From contig OX638165.1 in NCBI GenBank assembly GCA_951804945.1, positions 13,950,001-14,014,000 on the forward strand: a stretch of 64,000 nucleotides of DNA, given 5' to 3'. Under the pieces are notes generated by a model. That model saw only the letters and a list, made by a program, of their open reading frames with translations. It had not been told where the DNA came from and ran no database searches. Origin of the DNA: Podarcis cretensis (taxonomy: Eukaryota). Numbering within the stretch: position 1 is the stretch's first letter; each line of letters opens with the position of its first letter. Below are positions 49,881-62,794 of this stretch, in pieces. A program made the position numbers and the translations under genes.

Positions 49881-50848
49881 CACTAAACCGCCTTCCTACT
49901 ACTGGCCATGCCATAGGCTCCCTCTTCTCTCCGCCCCCCCCCCATTAATATTCTTCTGACCTCCCCACATGCTCACCCTTCCTGAGCCAGGCAACCCCAT
50001 TGAATATGCCTACCAGGCACTTGCCCTTGTGACCTGATCCTCCATCCTTACTTTCCCTCTTACAGTCGCACCTCAAAAAACCAGCCCCAGTCCCCACCAC
50101 CATCCATCTTGGTGACCACCTAGCTCTTTGCCAGTCCCTCCCCTTCAACCTAAGTATCTGTGGGGGGACGGGGACAATAGTGACCTTGTAATACCATTAA
50201 ACTGCAAGAAGAAAAATAAGTTCTCCCCCCCCCCACCAAACACCACCCCAGTTGTTTTTCGGGGGGGGGGGGGGGTGAGACACCAGGCCTTCTCCCATCC
50301 CACCTGGTGGTGACCATCTCTGTGTGTGCATGCACGCAATGAGCACATCAACCCACCACAGATGCATTTATGGCGGAGGATGGGCAGGGAGCACCAGCCT
50401 CTTCCCTCTTCCAGATGTGCCAAGCCAGCTGTGGAGGGCCCCACCAGCCCTTCCCCCCAACCCAGCTGTGTTTATGGGGGGGAGCAGCACCCCAGTTGTG
50501 GGGCCACCCTAGGTGTGTGGGAGGGGAAATACCACCATAACTGGGGTGGAGAAATATCACCATAGCTGAGGGGTCACCAACCCTTCCCACCCCCGCTGTG
50601 TTTTTGGGGGGACACCACCCCAGGTATGGAGGACGCCAGCTCCATCCTAGCTATGTTTATTGGGGAAGAAAGCCCCCACCAGCAACGTCTATGCGGGGGT
50701 TGAACAGCTCCCCAGCTGTGGGGGGCACCAGCCCCTCCCCCACCCAGGTTTGTATACAGCCCCCCCCATATTTGGGGGCCGACAGCACCTCTCCCCCCTC
50801 CGCACCTTGGCCCCCGCCCCTACCTACCCAGCGGGCCTCTCTCCCCAC

Positions 50849-51100
50849 CTGGCCGCTCAGCTGCTTGAGGCCTCCCGAGCTCTCCCGTTGGAGCCCCCGC
50901 CACGCAGCATAGAGCTCTCCGGCTCCCAGCGAGGCAGAGCGGCCTCTCCTCCCCGCTCCCACTCTATGGTTTCATTGTCCGAAGGACCTTTCCCTCCTCC
51001 GCTCTGTTGTCAGAGATAGCCATAACTTCCGGCGGGAAAGAGAACGCCGCCATAGATACCTCGCCCCGGCGGCTGTTTTCTTATCTCTACGTTCCGCGTC
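50849..51100 (-). other. SPINDOC: probable 5' UTR exon 1 of SPINDOC (TSS approximate)
   Basis: Donor CAG|GTGGGG at 50849/50848 just downstream of a CpG-island promoter. Confidence 0.55.
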
Positions 51101-51360
51101 GGAAGTTGCGTGCGGCAAGGAAAGGAACAGTCCGCTTTCAGGCCGGAAGTTCTCGCTCGGGAGCGCGACGACGGCGTATAGGTCTCTCTTTTCTTAGATC
51201 TGCGTTGCCTTCGCTACCCAGAGAATCCAATGGCCAGCGCGGCGTTCTCTTCTCTTCTCCGCCCCTCGGCAGGTTATAGACTACTCGGCGCAGGGGACAG
51301 ACCGAGAGCATAGAGGCGGGTGGCTAGCGAGTCCGAGAAAGGTCGCCCCCTGGAGGGGAA
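51020..51360 (-). promoter_or_regulatory. CpG-rich housekeeping-type promoter of SPINDOC
   Basis: ETS/GABP sites ACTTCCGG (51025), CGGAAGT (51100) and CCGGAAGT (51143); YY1-like GCCGCCAT (51046); CCAAT (51227); GC box CCGCCC (51259); CTCF-like CCTCCAGGGGGCGAC on minus strand (51342-51356). Confidence 0.75.
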
Positions 51361-51609
51361 GGGGTGGAGTTGCAGGAAATATAAGGGAGTGACAAAGGCG
51401 ATTTAGAGCCTGCAGAAAGGAATCAAAGAGCCTAAGGAAAACGAAAAGTCCAACTCTGCCTACTTCCAAATAAGTGCCAACCAGACATGCCTGTAACAAA
51501 ACCCCACAAGTCTTCTCCTGATGCCTCCCTGCCAGCATCCCTGAGATAGACTGACATTTGAAGGTAGACTGCCTCTGGCTGTGGAGGATCAGTTTAGCTG
51601 TCATTAGTA

Positions 51610-51851
51610 CAGTGGTACCTCGGGTTACATACGCTTCAGGTTACATACGCTTCAGGTTACACACTCCGCTAACCTAGAAATAGTGCTTCAGGTTAAGAAC
51701 TTTGCTTCAGGATGAGAACAGAAATTGGGCTCCGGCGGCACGGCAGCAGCAGCAGGCCCCATTAGCTAAAGTGGTGCTTCAGGTTAAGAACAGTTTCAGG
51801 TTAAGAATGGACCTCGGGAACGAATTAAGTACTTAACCCAAGGTACCACTG
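51610..51851. mobile_element. Tc1/mariner MITE
   Basis: CAGTGGTACCT TIR, TA TSD. Confidence 0.85.
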
Positions 51852-53455
51852 TAATATAGCTCTTCCTCTAGCTCCCTTCCTCCATGAGTAGGAAGCCATC
51901 AGAGCTAGTGGCCGGCCCTCACAACACATTGTAGCGTTGAGTTCCATGTGTTTGCTTGAAGAAGTGCTTTCCTTGACTTCTTCTCCACTAGCTCCCAGTC
52001 AGTTTTGTGAGAGGATACCCCCCTTTTGAATCATTGTGGGACAGTAAGAAATAGACTATCCATTTTCTTCTGTACATATAGTGTTACAAATGTCTATCAA
52101 GTCATATCTTGGTTTGCCACCCCACCCTGTAAACCCCCCAAATGTTTTAGCTTAGCTTTCTTTGCAGGGAAAGTTCTTCAATGATCCGATCCTCTGGAAA
52201 ACAACAAGGAGTCTTGTGGCGTCTTTAAGGTGTTTGAAGGCTCTTTGTCCTTTTGGCGACAACAGTTTAGGAATCTGAGTAAACTTGAGGCCCCTTTCTC
52301 TATCTCCCGTTTTCTTAATCATTACAAATCAAATTATAATGAGGGGAAACAGCAAAACTTTGGAGGGCTACAAAGCTCTGAAACAAACAGAACATCCATA
52401 TTGTCTCTCTAACCCTTACAAGAACCTTATAAGGTAGGACAGTATTATAACCCTTACATAGCAGACTGCAGGCTGAGGCTGAAAGAATTGCCTGCTGCCC
52501 AATTGCCTAAGCAAATTGATAGAGCTCCCCACCCCATGTGGGAAGAAAATAGATCTGACCCTTGTGTGTGTAATTAACAAAAGTATCATCTGGATGCCTA
52601 GCTTCAAAACACAGGGTTTTGCACTCCCTCCAGCAGAAGAGAGCCCCCAGCAAAGTTAAAAACAATAAAGTGGGGGAATATGGGCTGTTAGACCCATATT
52701 ATCTGCTTTAAAGCTCTGCCCATCACTCTACCCTTCTTGCAATGAACAGACCACACACTATTAAGTAAGTTTAAAATGCTTTACTTACTAAATCTAAAGG
52801 TCTGGTTCATGAGTTGTTCCATGCAGCAGTAAGGAGAACACAGCTAACAAAATACAGAATGTACAGTGGTACCTCAGTTTAAGAACAGTCCTGTTTACGA
52901 ACTATTCGGTTTACGAACTCCGAAAACCGGAAATAGTGTCCCGGTTTGCGAACTTTACCTCAGTCTAAGAATGGAAGCTGAACAGTGGAATGTTACCAAC
53001 GGTGAGAGGCGTCATTAGGGAAAGCGCACCTCGGTTTAAGAATGGTTTCTGTTTAAGAACGGACTTCCGGAACGGATTAAGTTCATAAACCGAGGTACCA
53101 CTGTAGTTTCAAACATGCATGTCCTGAGCTTGGAGAAAGTTCAGGCATGTCCATCTTGGTCGTTTACGTGGTGCAAAGAGAATGAGAGAAAAGAAAAGAA
53201 GCAGCTTCACATTCTCCCTCACGGAGTCTGAGTCTGAAAAGAGAACTCTGTGATCTTAACTCCTTTGGGCGCCAACTAGCACTCATGTGTAGTTATGTTT
53301 GAATGCAATTTCCTCCAGCCCACCCCACAACTCCCCTGTGAGGAAAGGTTACAACATTGAGACTTTTTAGGGGAGACATGACCACAGTGTATAAAATCAT
53401 GCATTGTGTGGAGAAAGCAACAGAGAGATGTTTTTATCCCTCTCTCATGACACTA

Positions 53456-53624
53456 GGGTGGAATCTACACACACATAAAAACGATCTGAAAATGCTTTTT
53501 TAAAAAACATTTCCAAAATATATATTGAATTTGCCACTAGCTCACCATCGCCATCTAGTGTCACATTTGTATAATGCACTTAAAACACTTAAAACGTTAT
53601 ATTTGCAGCTGTATAGCTGAGTCC
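53456..53624 (-). mobile_element. Harbinger-like MITE with CTCF-like motif, inserted into a CR1 fragment
   Basis: Reverse complement homologue of 4324-4493. Interrupts the CR1 sequence CACTAG^AACTC with a short TAG-type duplication. Confidence 0.6.
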
Positions 53625-54565
53625 TAGAACTCATGGACATCCAGTTCAGCCAAATGTTGGAAAATTCATGACTGGGAAAAGTAAGGACTTCTCCACCCAG
53701 CACCAAGTTAAATTGTGGAATTTGCTACTGCAAGATGTAGTGATAGTCACCATTTCCTAGATACAGTAAATTGTGAAAATGCTGGACTAGATAGGCCTTT
53801 CGCCTGATCTGGCAGAAGTCGTATGTTTTTGCCCTTTGTGGTGCGCTTGGTCCAAATTTGGCCCCTCCTACAGCTTTGCAATCCGCTGTGTAAAGCTTGG
53901 CCCTTAGAACCCAGATGCCAACGTAATTTAAGCCTAAGGGGATATATTGGAGGAAATGCTATTATTGAGCTTTGTCAACTGCTGAGCACATCAGTGGCAC
54001 TAAACTGGAAAATACGTAAATAATAATGGTAACAACTTAATGTCACATTTGTCTCTGTTAACAGTGACACAATGGCCAGAAGTGCAACAAATAAAGCCAC
54101 CAATCCCGGCCAAACCCGTTGAATTCATACCCTAGGATAGGGGAGGCTGCCTTCCAAATGTTGCTAGACTCCCATCAGCCACTGCGGGCCAAGCCAATAG
54201 TCAGGGGTGATGGGAATTGGAGTCTACACCTGAAGGGTCACAGCTTAGCCACGCTTGTAGGCACAGGAGTCTTGCCACGTGAAAACTGACAACCCGGACC
54301 CAAACTCGACAGTTCACACAACCCAATGGGCAGCTTGTAAATGTGGTTTTCCTGCAAGTCTTTCAGCAAGGGTAAACCGCGTCTCTCTTCAACCATGCTC
54401 AGCTCCAAACTCAATCTACCTAAACAGGGATGAACTGATGTGTTGAGTTAGTGTTTTAATCTGTTTTTAGCTTGTTGATTTTAATAAAATTTTGAATTTT
54501 TTAAAATACCAGTTTTTAACTTTGTCTTTTATTGATATGTTTTCACAAGCCACTTTAGAGAGTCT

Positions 54566-54930
54566 AAAGGTAAAGGTAAAGGTACCCCTGCCCGTACGGG
54601 CCAGTCTTGACAGACTCTGGGGTTGTGCGCCCATCTCACTCAAGAGGCCAGGGGCCAGCGCTGTCCGGAGACACTTCCGGGTCACGTGGCCAGCGTGACA
54701 AAGCTGCATCTGGCGAGCCAGAGCCGCACACGGAAACGCCGTTTACCTTCCCGCTGGTAAGCGGTCCCTATTTATCTATTTGCACCCGGAGGTGCTTTCG
54801 AACTGCTAGGTTGGCAGGCGCTGGGACCGAGCAGCGGGAGCGCACCCCGCCGCAGGGATTCGAACCGCCGACCTTTCGATCGGCAAGTCCTAGGCGCTGA
54901 GGCTTTAACCCACAGCGCCACCTGCGTCCC
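54566..54930 (-). mobile_element. Sauria SINE (subfamily B), full length, young
   Basis: Intact tRNA-like head GGGACGCAGGTGGCGCTGTGGG...GGTTCGAATCCC, CpGs retained, (ACCTTT)3 tail. Confidence 0.9.
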
Positions 54931-56139
54931 TACTTACAATCAAATGACACAAGCTCTGTTAAATAAATCAATAAGCTCATTGCATCTTCTGCCTCAAGCT
55001 TCTTCAGCTCCCTGTCAACCCCATTAAAGTTGCCATCTTATTTACTGTCCCCTGCGCCTGTGCTCAGCTGGCACACGTTAGCCAATAACGCTGCTAATCT
55101 CTGCACAGCAAATCAGTGGTCATCTGAGGACTTCTGCAGATAAAACTGTTGCTAACAGCGCAAGAGCAGGCTGTGCCTGTTTCCCTCTCCCCTCCCTTCT
55201 GGTCAGTTGGCAACCCCAAAACCCCTTTGATTGTGTTGATCAGTCCTCTGTCTATCCCTTACAGCTAGGATAAAGAGTCTGTGGCCCTCTGGATTTTGCT
55301 GGACTCCAGCTCCCCTCAGCCCCAACCAGCATTACCAGTGCTTAGGGATGAAAGGAACTATAGTTCTACGGAATCTGTAGGGCCACAGGTTCCTCATCTC
55401 TGCCCTACAACATCCTGAAAATATGGGCCCCAAAGAGGGTTGATCTCTCCACATTTGTTGTTCCTAGCTAAGCTCCCATGTCTTCGAACCCTGCCAGGTA
55501 GGCAGAAATGCAACAAGGGAAGCTTTTCATAGCAGTGCATCTCTGTATGCTTCACCTGTTGGATTTCTGCATATTTCACACCTGCCACAGAGAGATGTGT
55601 CACAAGGGCGGAGAATGCTAACTCTCCAAAACTGCATCTAGGAATCTCCATGATGTATTGACCCATTTACCTGCTTGTGCATTCCTCTCTAGAATGTGCA
55701 TTAGGGATATTGAGGATACATTTAAAGCACATGACTTCCCCACAAACAAATCTGAGAACTGTAGTTTGCCCCTTGTAGGGCCAAAAAATTCTCAGCACTT
55801 CTAAAAAGCTACAGTTCCCAGGATTTGTTGTTGGGGGGAAACGTGCTTTATTCCGGAGTCTTCACTTTAAAGCCTATTCACACACACGAGCTGTAGTTTG
55901 TTAAGGGTGCTGGGAACTGTAGCTCCGTGGGAGAGGGGTAAACTACAGTTCCCAGGATTCTTTGGTGGGCGGAATAATGTGCTTCAAATGCATGATGTAT
56001 ACCCAGAGGACCTGCAACAGCTAAAACACAATCGGAATGAACGGAAGGCTTGCTTGAAGGGCCAGGGACCACGGGGAAGCCCCTTCCTCTCGTCTCCCCA
56101 ATTTTCCCCTCCCCCCACTTTCCAAAATCTCTCATCCCC

Positions 56140-56722
56140 TTGCGCCAGCAGCAGGGGGCCGCGTTAGGGACCTAGTTATGTAGGCTTTAAAAAAATACAC
56201 CTTAAATACGGATATATGGCTATATATATATAGCTTAGGGGACAAAACAATACAACGAGGAAGAACCGGGTTAGGGATGCTTTGAGACACTTTTTTGGGG
56301 GAGGGGGTGTCCAGTGAATCACCCCCTCTCCTCCCCTCCCCTCTTTTTCTCTCTTCCCTCCCCCCTCAGCTGCAAAAATGGAGCACGTCCCCTTTAAATT
56401 TACCCAGGAGCCCTTAAAGGAGCCCCAGGGGCCCCGGGGGGAAAGGCATCCCCACCCTGCTAACCGGAGCCTGCCTGGCTCTGCTGCTGCTTCTTTTTCG
56501 GCCGTGGAAACGGAGCCTTGATGCAAGTCGATTAGAAGCGGAGAAAAAATTGCCATTTATCCATATATATATTTATTTTAAGAAATCGGGGTTGGGGGTG
56601 GGGAAAGGGGGGGATATTGCAACGGAACCGAGAGAATCCACAGCGAAGCCGGGAAGGTTATTTGTGTGCATCGAGGTGGGGGGTGGAGATGAATCCCTAG
56701 GCAGGGAGGGAGGGAGCCAAGC
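56140..56722 (+). promoter_or_regulatory. promoter / 5' UTR region of ZFTA
   Basis: CpG enrichment, C-rich tracts, lies directly upstream of the ATG exon. TSS not determinable. Confidence 0.5.
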
Positions 56723-56771
56723 ATGGAGGAGCCCCCCAGCCTGTGCATCAAGCTCGAGCCCCAGGATCCAG
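56723..56771 (+). CDS. ZFTA: ZFTA probable first coding exon (MEEPPSLCIKLEPQDP)
   Basis: Strong Kozak AGCATGG, perfect donor CAG|GTGAGT, phase 1 matching the next exon. Sequence not recognisably like the human N-terminus. Confidence 0.65.
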
Positions 56772-57624
56772 GTGAGTACAAAAGGCCCCCTCTTTTTTTT
56801 GGGGGGGGGAGAAATATATGCGCGCGCCCCCCACCTCTTTTCCACGCCACCTGCTGGTCGTGTGTGAGTTGGAGAGTGGCACCCCCCGGAAAAAAATACT
56901 GTACCTGGTCGGTGTTGGTAGGGGTGTGTTTGTTGTGGGGGGTGTTGCAAGTTTGCCCAGCTGGGCAGGGAGAAGGAAGTCGGGGGGGGGGCTGGTGGAG
57001 GAAGAGCGATGGCCCCTTTAAGATCCCCCCCTCCCCGCCTTCCTCCATCTTCCTGGGCACTTCAGTCCTGGACGGATTCCTGCCTCTCCCATTCAAAAAA
57101 ATAGCGACGAGGGATTGAGCACAAAAGGAACCCGAGCTGCCAAGAATCAAATGACGTGGAAAGGGGGGAGCCCTCTCTCCCTGAAGGGGTGTTTGTGTGT
57201 GTGTGTGTGTGTGTCTTTGGACCTCACCCTTGAAGATCAGGAAGACTTCGGGGGAGTTTGGCTCCTCCTTTTGGGAAACCCCTCCCCCCCAGTTTGGACA
57301 AACCCCTCTCAGCCCCCAGCCCCCAGGTGTGGTTTTGTGGGCCTGTCTCTTTGACAGGTCCTGCTGCCCATTTGAAACCAGCCCCTTCCAATGTCGTATA
57401 CAGCACCCCTCTCTTTTCCACCGTACCCCTGTAAAGTCTGTTACTGTTGCATTGCAGGGGGTTGGACTAGATGACCCTGGTGCCCCTTCCAACCCGATGC
57501 TTCCACTACTTCATCCTTGCTTTCACAAAGTGACACAACATCTCTGCTTCCGGGCCAGCAAGTCTTGCACCACCTCCCCCCGCCGCTGCCCCCGTTGTTG
57601 TTTTGCCTCCTGTCAAAAGAGTTA

Positions 57625-58567
<943 letters not shown>

Positions 58568-60293
58568 TAAATTCGCGGGTTTGTGGATCATCTTAATCGT
58601 AGCCACGGATAGCCTTATCCGTTCATTTTTTAAATCATTTTTTATTGATTTTCCAATAAAGACAGCCAATCAACATGCCCACATCATAATCTAATTAAAA
58701 ACAAAAAACTAAAATAAAAAAGGTCAAATTGTGATCCACATTTTAATTATTAATTTTTCCATGCTCCCCATAGTCTGGACCTCTGAAGCATATCTCCAAA
58801 TCTTCAGTCTTGCCTCCTCTCGTTGTTTTCATATTTTCCACATCCCGATCTTAACGCTTTAAAGTTCTCCATCCCTGGCTCTGCGATTCTCAGTCATGTC
58901 AAAAATCATATATTTATGATTTATGATGCCTTATCTTCTGTTTGTTGGTCTAATCCCACCCCCCTTTTTTAATATTGTCAGAAATGGTATATTTTTCTTC
59001 CATAGTGGTAATTTTTCTTCAATGACTATATTTTTTGGCCATAAAAATTATTACTTGAACAGATGAAAAAACTTTCAAAAAAAAACCCTGGCAACTAAAT
59101 TTTTATATAGGTTTCATTCAAAAAGAAAGAGAGCTATGTTTATAGTGTTTGTTGGACTTCAGATATGAGGCACCATTTTTTCATTAAATCTCAAAAAATA
59201 TTCCAAAACATTTATCATCATATCCTCCCCCCCAAAAAAATTCAACATAGATTTCTTCTTGACTTCCCGCCCCCCCCTTTCCTGATGTTTGTTTTCCACT
59301 TCTTTTTCTTAGCTGTTTTACAGTACATGTGTTTTTATTAACTAAACTTTGCTATCCTTAGTTCTTTCAGTAATCCACTGCTTATATTTCAATTCCTGCC
59401 CGCAGCTTTATGTATGGATGAAACTTTGATAGATAATCCTGACAACTAAATTGCTTAACACAGTGAGAGGGTTGGACTTGCACTGTGGGGACCCATGCAA
59501 CTTTTTTTACAGTTGGATATTCCTTTCACCCTTCCTTTTTATAAAAAGAATACGTTAAGTGGCCATCCCAAGCAGATAAGGAGGTTTTATTTTTATCTTT
59601 TTGTGAAGATTTTTAATTTAATTTTATAGTGTATATAAAAGTGAACAGATGAAAATTAAAAGATGAAAAGCAAAATGATAAAACAGGCATGTAGAATAAG
59701 TGCAGTTGTACACGGGTTAAAAAACACAAAGCCCAAGTAAATATTGTTGTGATCTGATTATCATAGTTCCAGATTTGCCAAGGTGGTGACGGGGGTTGTC
59801 TTGAAAATGACGGTTCCCTTGTATATGTCATAAAGGAATGCCAAATCATATGTCTGGAGGTTCTAGGCTTGTCAAAATCTCAAATTATGTGTGATTTTTT
59901 TCCATTATAGCTGTATTCCAGAGGGGATGGTACCAAGTGTTTAGCGTAATATTTTGGGCTTTCCCCCCCCCTGAGTTTCAATTACTATTCAAGCTGCCAC
60001 AATCATATATATAAGACCAATTCTTTTTTTTCTTTTCTCAATTAATTTATTATTAATGTTGCAATACATATATAAAATCTTTACATATTGATACATATAC
60101 ATTATATTTGTAAATTTACATTTCACATGTGAAATATAAGACCAATTCTTCTGACATTGTAGATATCAGTAACATTAATTTTGGACAGCAGACAATAGTT
60201 TATTTAATAATGTTCATCATCTCTGATGAAATTAGATTCCGAAAAGCAGACAAGAAGGTTCACCTGCTCTCCACCTGCCTTGCTTCTGTACAG

Positions 60294-60683
60294 GTGGAGA
60301 ATTTCCGCTGAGTAGCAGCCGCAGGAGGCGCCGTGGCCCAGGACCCCTCTCCTCTCGTGGGGGGCGACGACCCTCCGGCCTGGCCCTGAAAGCCTCCCCG
60401 GGAGTGGAAGAGCAGAACTTGGAGCGCTACCTGAAAGAGTCCCTGCAGAGCTGGTTCCAGTCTGAGTTCCTGATGGACTATGACCCTCAGGGCAACCGCC
60501 TCTTCTGCATGATGTGTGGCTCCTCACTGCCCAGCCTCAACTTGGACGACATCAAGAGGCACGTCATGGATGCCCACCCCAGCTCGCTTGGCTTCAGCCC
60601 CGCCGAGAAAGCCAGCATCCTGGAGACTTGGAACGCCCGGGCCGTGGTCCCGCCAGCTGAGGGCACAGGAGAGACACCAGTGG
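60294..60683 (+). CDS. ZFTA: ZFTA exon 3, zinc finger 2
   Basis: LERYLKESLQSWFQSEFLMDYDPQGNRLFCMMCG..LPSLNLDDIKRHV...HP; ACAG|GT acceptor and GG|GTGAGG donor, 390 nt, phase 1-1. Confidence 0.93.
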
Positions 60684-62430
60684 GTGAGGCAGGAAGTGGG
60701 CAGAAGGCGGGAGGGGAGGGCGGAAGCAGAGCGCCGGAATTAGAACGATATTTCAGCAGGCCTGCAAGTGACATGATCATGCAGGTGGCGGGAAAGTAGA
60801 TAAATACAGTCGTGCCTTGGTTGACAAACGCCTTGCGACTTAAACATTTTGGCTCCCGAACGCTGCAAACCTGGAAGTGAGTGCTCCGGTTTGCGAACGT
60901 TCTTTGGAACCCAAATGTCCAACGCGGCTTCCTGCAGCCAATTGGAAGCTGCACCTTGGTTTCCAAACATTTTGAAAGTCGAACGGGCTTCCAGAACAGA
61001 TTCCATTTGACTTCCGAGGTACCACTGTTAATGGAGAATGCGGAGGGTGAAGAAACTGGTGGAAGAGGCTGTCTGAGACCTTGCGAAGGCCACATGGGAT
61101 TTTGCGTGACCTTCGCAGAGCCCAGTAAGCAAGGCAGAGGGCTTGGAAATCTCTTTCTGCACCAGTTTTTCCTGCTGTGGAAATAGTTTTTAAGCCGTCA
61201 GCCTTGCTTCCCGGGCTGCTGGAACCCTCAGGAAGGGTGTGGACTGCCCCAGAGCATTCCTGAGGCCCCTTCCCGGAGTCCAGGAAGGTAGGATTGGTTG
61301 TACAGAGGGGAGGTTCCAGGTATCTTCCTGACTTTGCATGATTCTGTATCTGCTCATGAATCCCTGGAGCGTAAGCCCCACATAAGTTTTGGGCCTGCTG
61401 TGTTGCTTCTCTGAATCAGGCACCGTACTTAAAATCGAGGAACTCCTGTCTCTAGCTTCTTCTTGAAGGAAATCCTGGGATACATGCTAGTGACCAAGGA
61501 TAAGGGAACCTGGCGTTGTCCGTATGGTACAGAACTCCAGTTCCCAGCAGCCACAGCCAATGGTCGGGGGGAGGGCCAAACAGCAGGTGCAAACAGGAAC
61601 CTCATTCCTCCGAAACCTTGTGTAACCAGAAAGTGAGGCATCCAGCAGTCTCTTGTGGGAGGGAGAGCGGAACCAAGAGTTGCGCAAGTACAAAACAGAT
61701 AAGTGAGTGCGGACTGAGCATGCTCAGTGGGCACAGAATCCTGGTGAGTGGCAAAACCCGGAAAATCAAAGATAGGCGTGCGGAATGGAGTGTCCTCAAA
61801 ACGGGGATGGCTTGCGAGTAGGAAACAAACTGCCTTGAACCTTTGGTGCATCTAGCTCAGTATTGTCTTCGCTATCTGTACTATACATTTGAAAGCAGTA
61901 TCATGCCACTTTAAATAGCCATGGCTCCCCACCCCCCCACCCCAAATCCTGGGAGTTATAGTTTGCTAAAGGTACTGAGAGTTATTGAGTGAATCCCCTT
62001 GTCACAGAGCTACACTTTCTGTCTCTTCCCGGGGAATTCTGCGAATTGTAGCACTGTGAGAGGAATAAGGGTCTCCTAACAAATCTTAGCACCCTTAACG
62101 TGTCACTGTTCCCAGAACTACAAAGGGGTGATCGTTACTGCGGATGAATTGGATCAGAGCAGAGGATGCAAAGTGAGGCACATATAGAGGGCCAGACAAG
62201 AACCTTGGCAGTACTATGCATGGGTTCTGCTTTATGAATGAGAAACAGCGAACATTCACCTGTCCAAACATGAAGAATGGCTACCCAAACATCGCTAGAC
62301 ACATTGCAGATTCAGATACTTGAACAGAGAGCATCCTCTACTTCCTTGCTTGCCGTTTGCTGGCTGGTGGAGCAATGAAGTGAGAGAGTGAGAGATCAGA
62401 CAAATCAGAGCATTTTTTCTGTTTTTCGGT

Positions 62431-62709
62431 GGGAGGTCAAAATTCTAAATTAGAATTTTTCAAAAATTAGGGGGGAAAAATCAAAATTGGAAATTTCCTC
62501 ACAGGACTCAATGGAAATCATTGACTCCTTATGCAAACGCTTGGCTAACGATCAATTTGTAGGGAACACTGGGAGGTCAAAATTCAAAATTAGAATTTTT
62601 CAAAAATTAGGAACAAATTTCAAAGTTAGAAATTTCCCCACAGGACTCAATGGAAATCATTGACTCCTTATGCAAATGCTTGGCTAATGATCGATTTGCA
62701 GGGAACACT
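62431..62709. repeat. two-copy tandem duplication, unit about 140 bp
   Basis: GGGAGGTCAAAATTC...AGGGAACACT starts at 62431 and again at 62571. Confidence 0.9.
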
Positions 62710-62794
62710 GTGTGTTCGGTAAGCAGGACCTTTGTGTAATTAAATCCGTCCTCTTGTCCCCCCGCTTTCCCACTCCTTCCTGGATCCACCCCAG

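Noticed and set aside
56578-57492. 304-aa minus-strand ORF
   Set aside because: GC-rich ZFTA intron 1 with a microsatellite and SINE tail; no coding signature.
58626-60130. Very AT-rich block in ZFTA intron 2
   Set aside because: Probably decayed L1-like or other repeat debris; no structure or ORF I can support.
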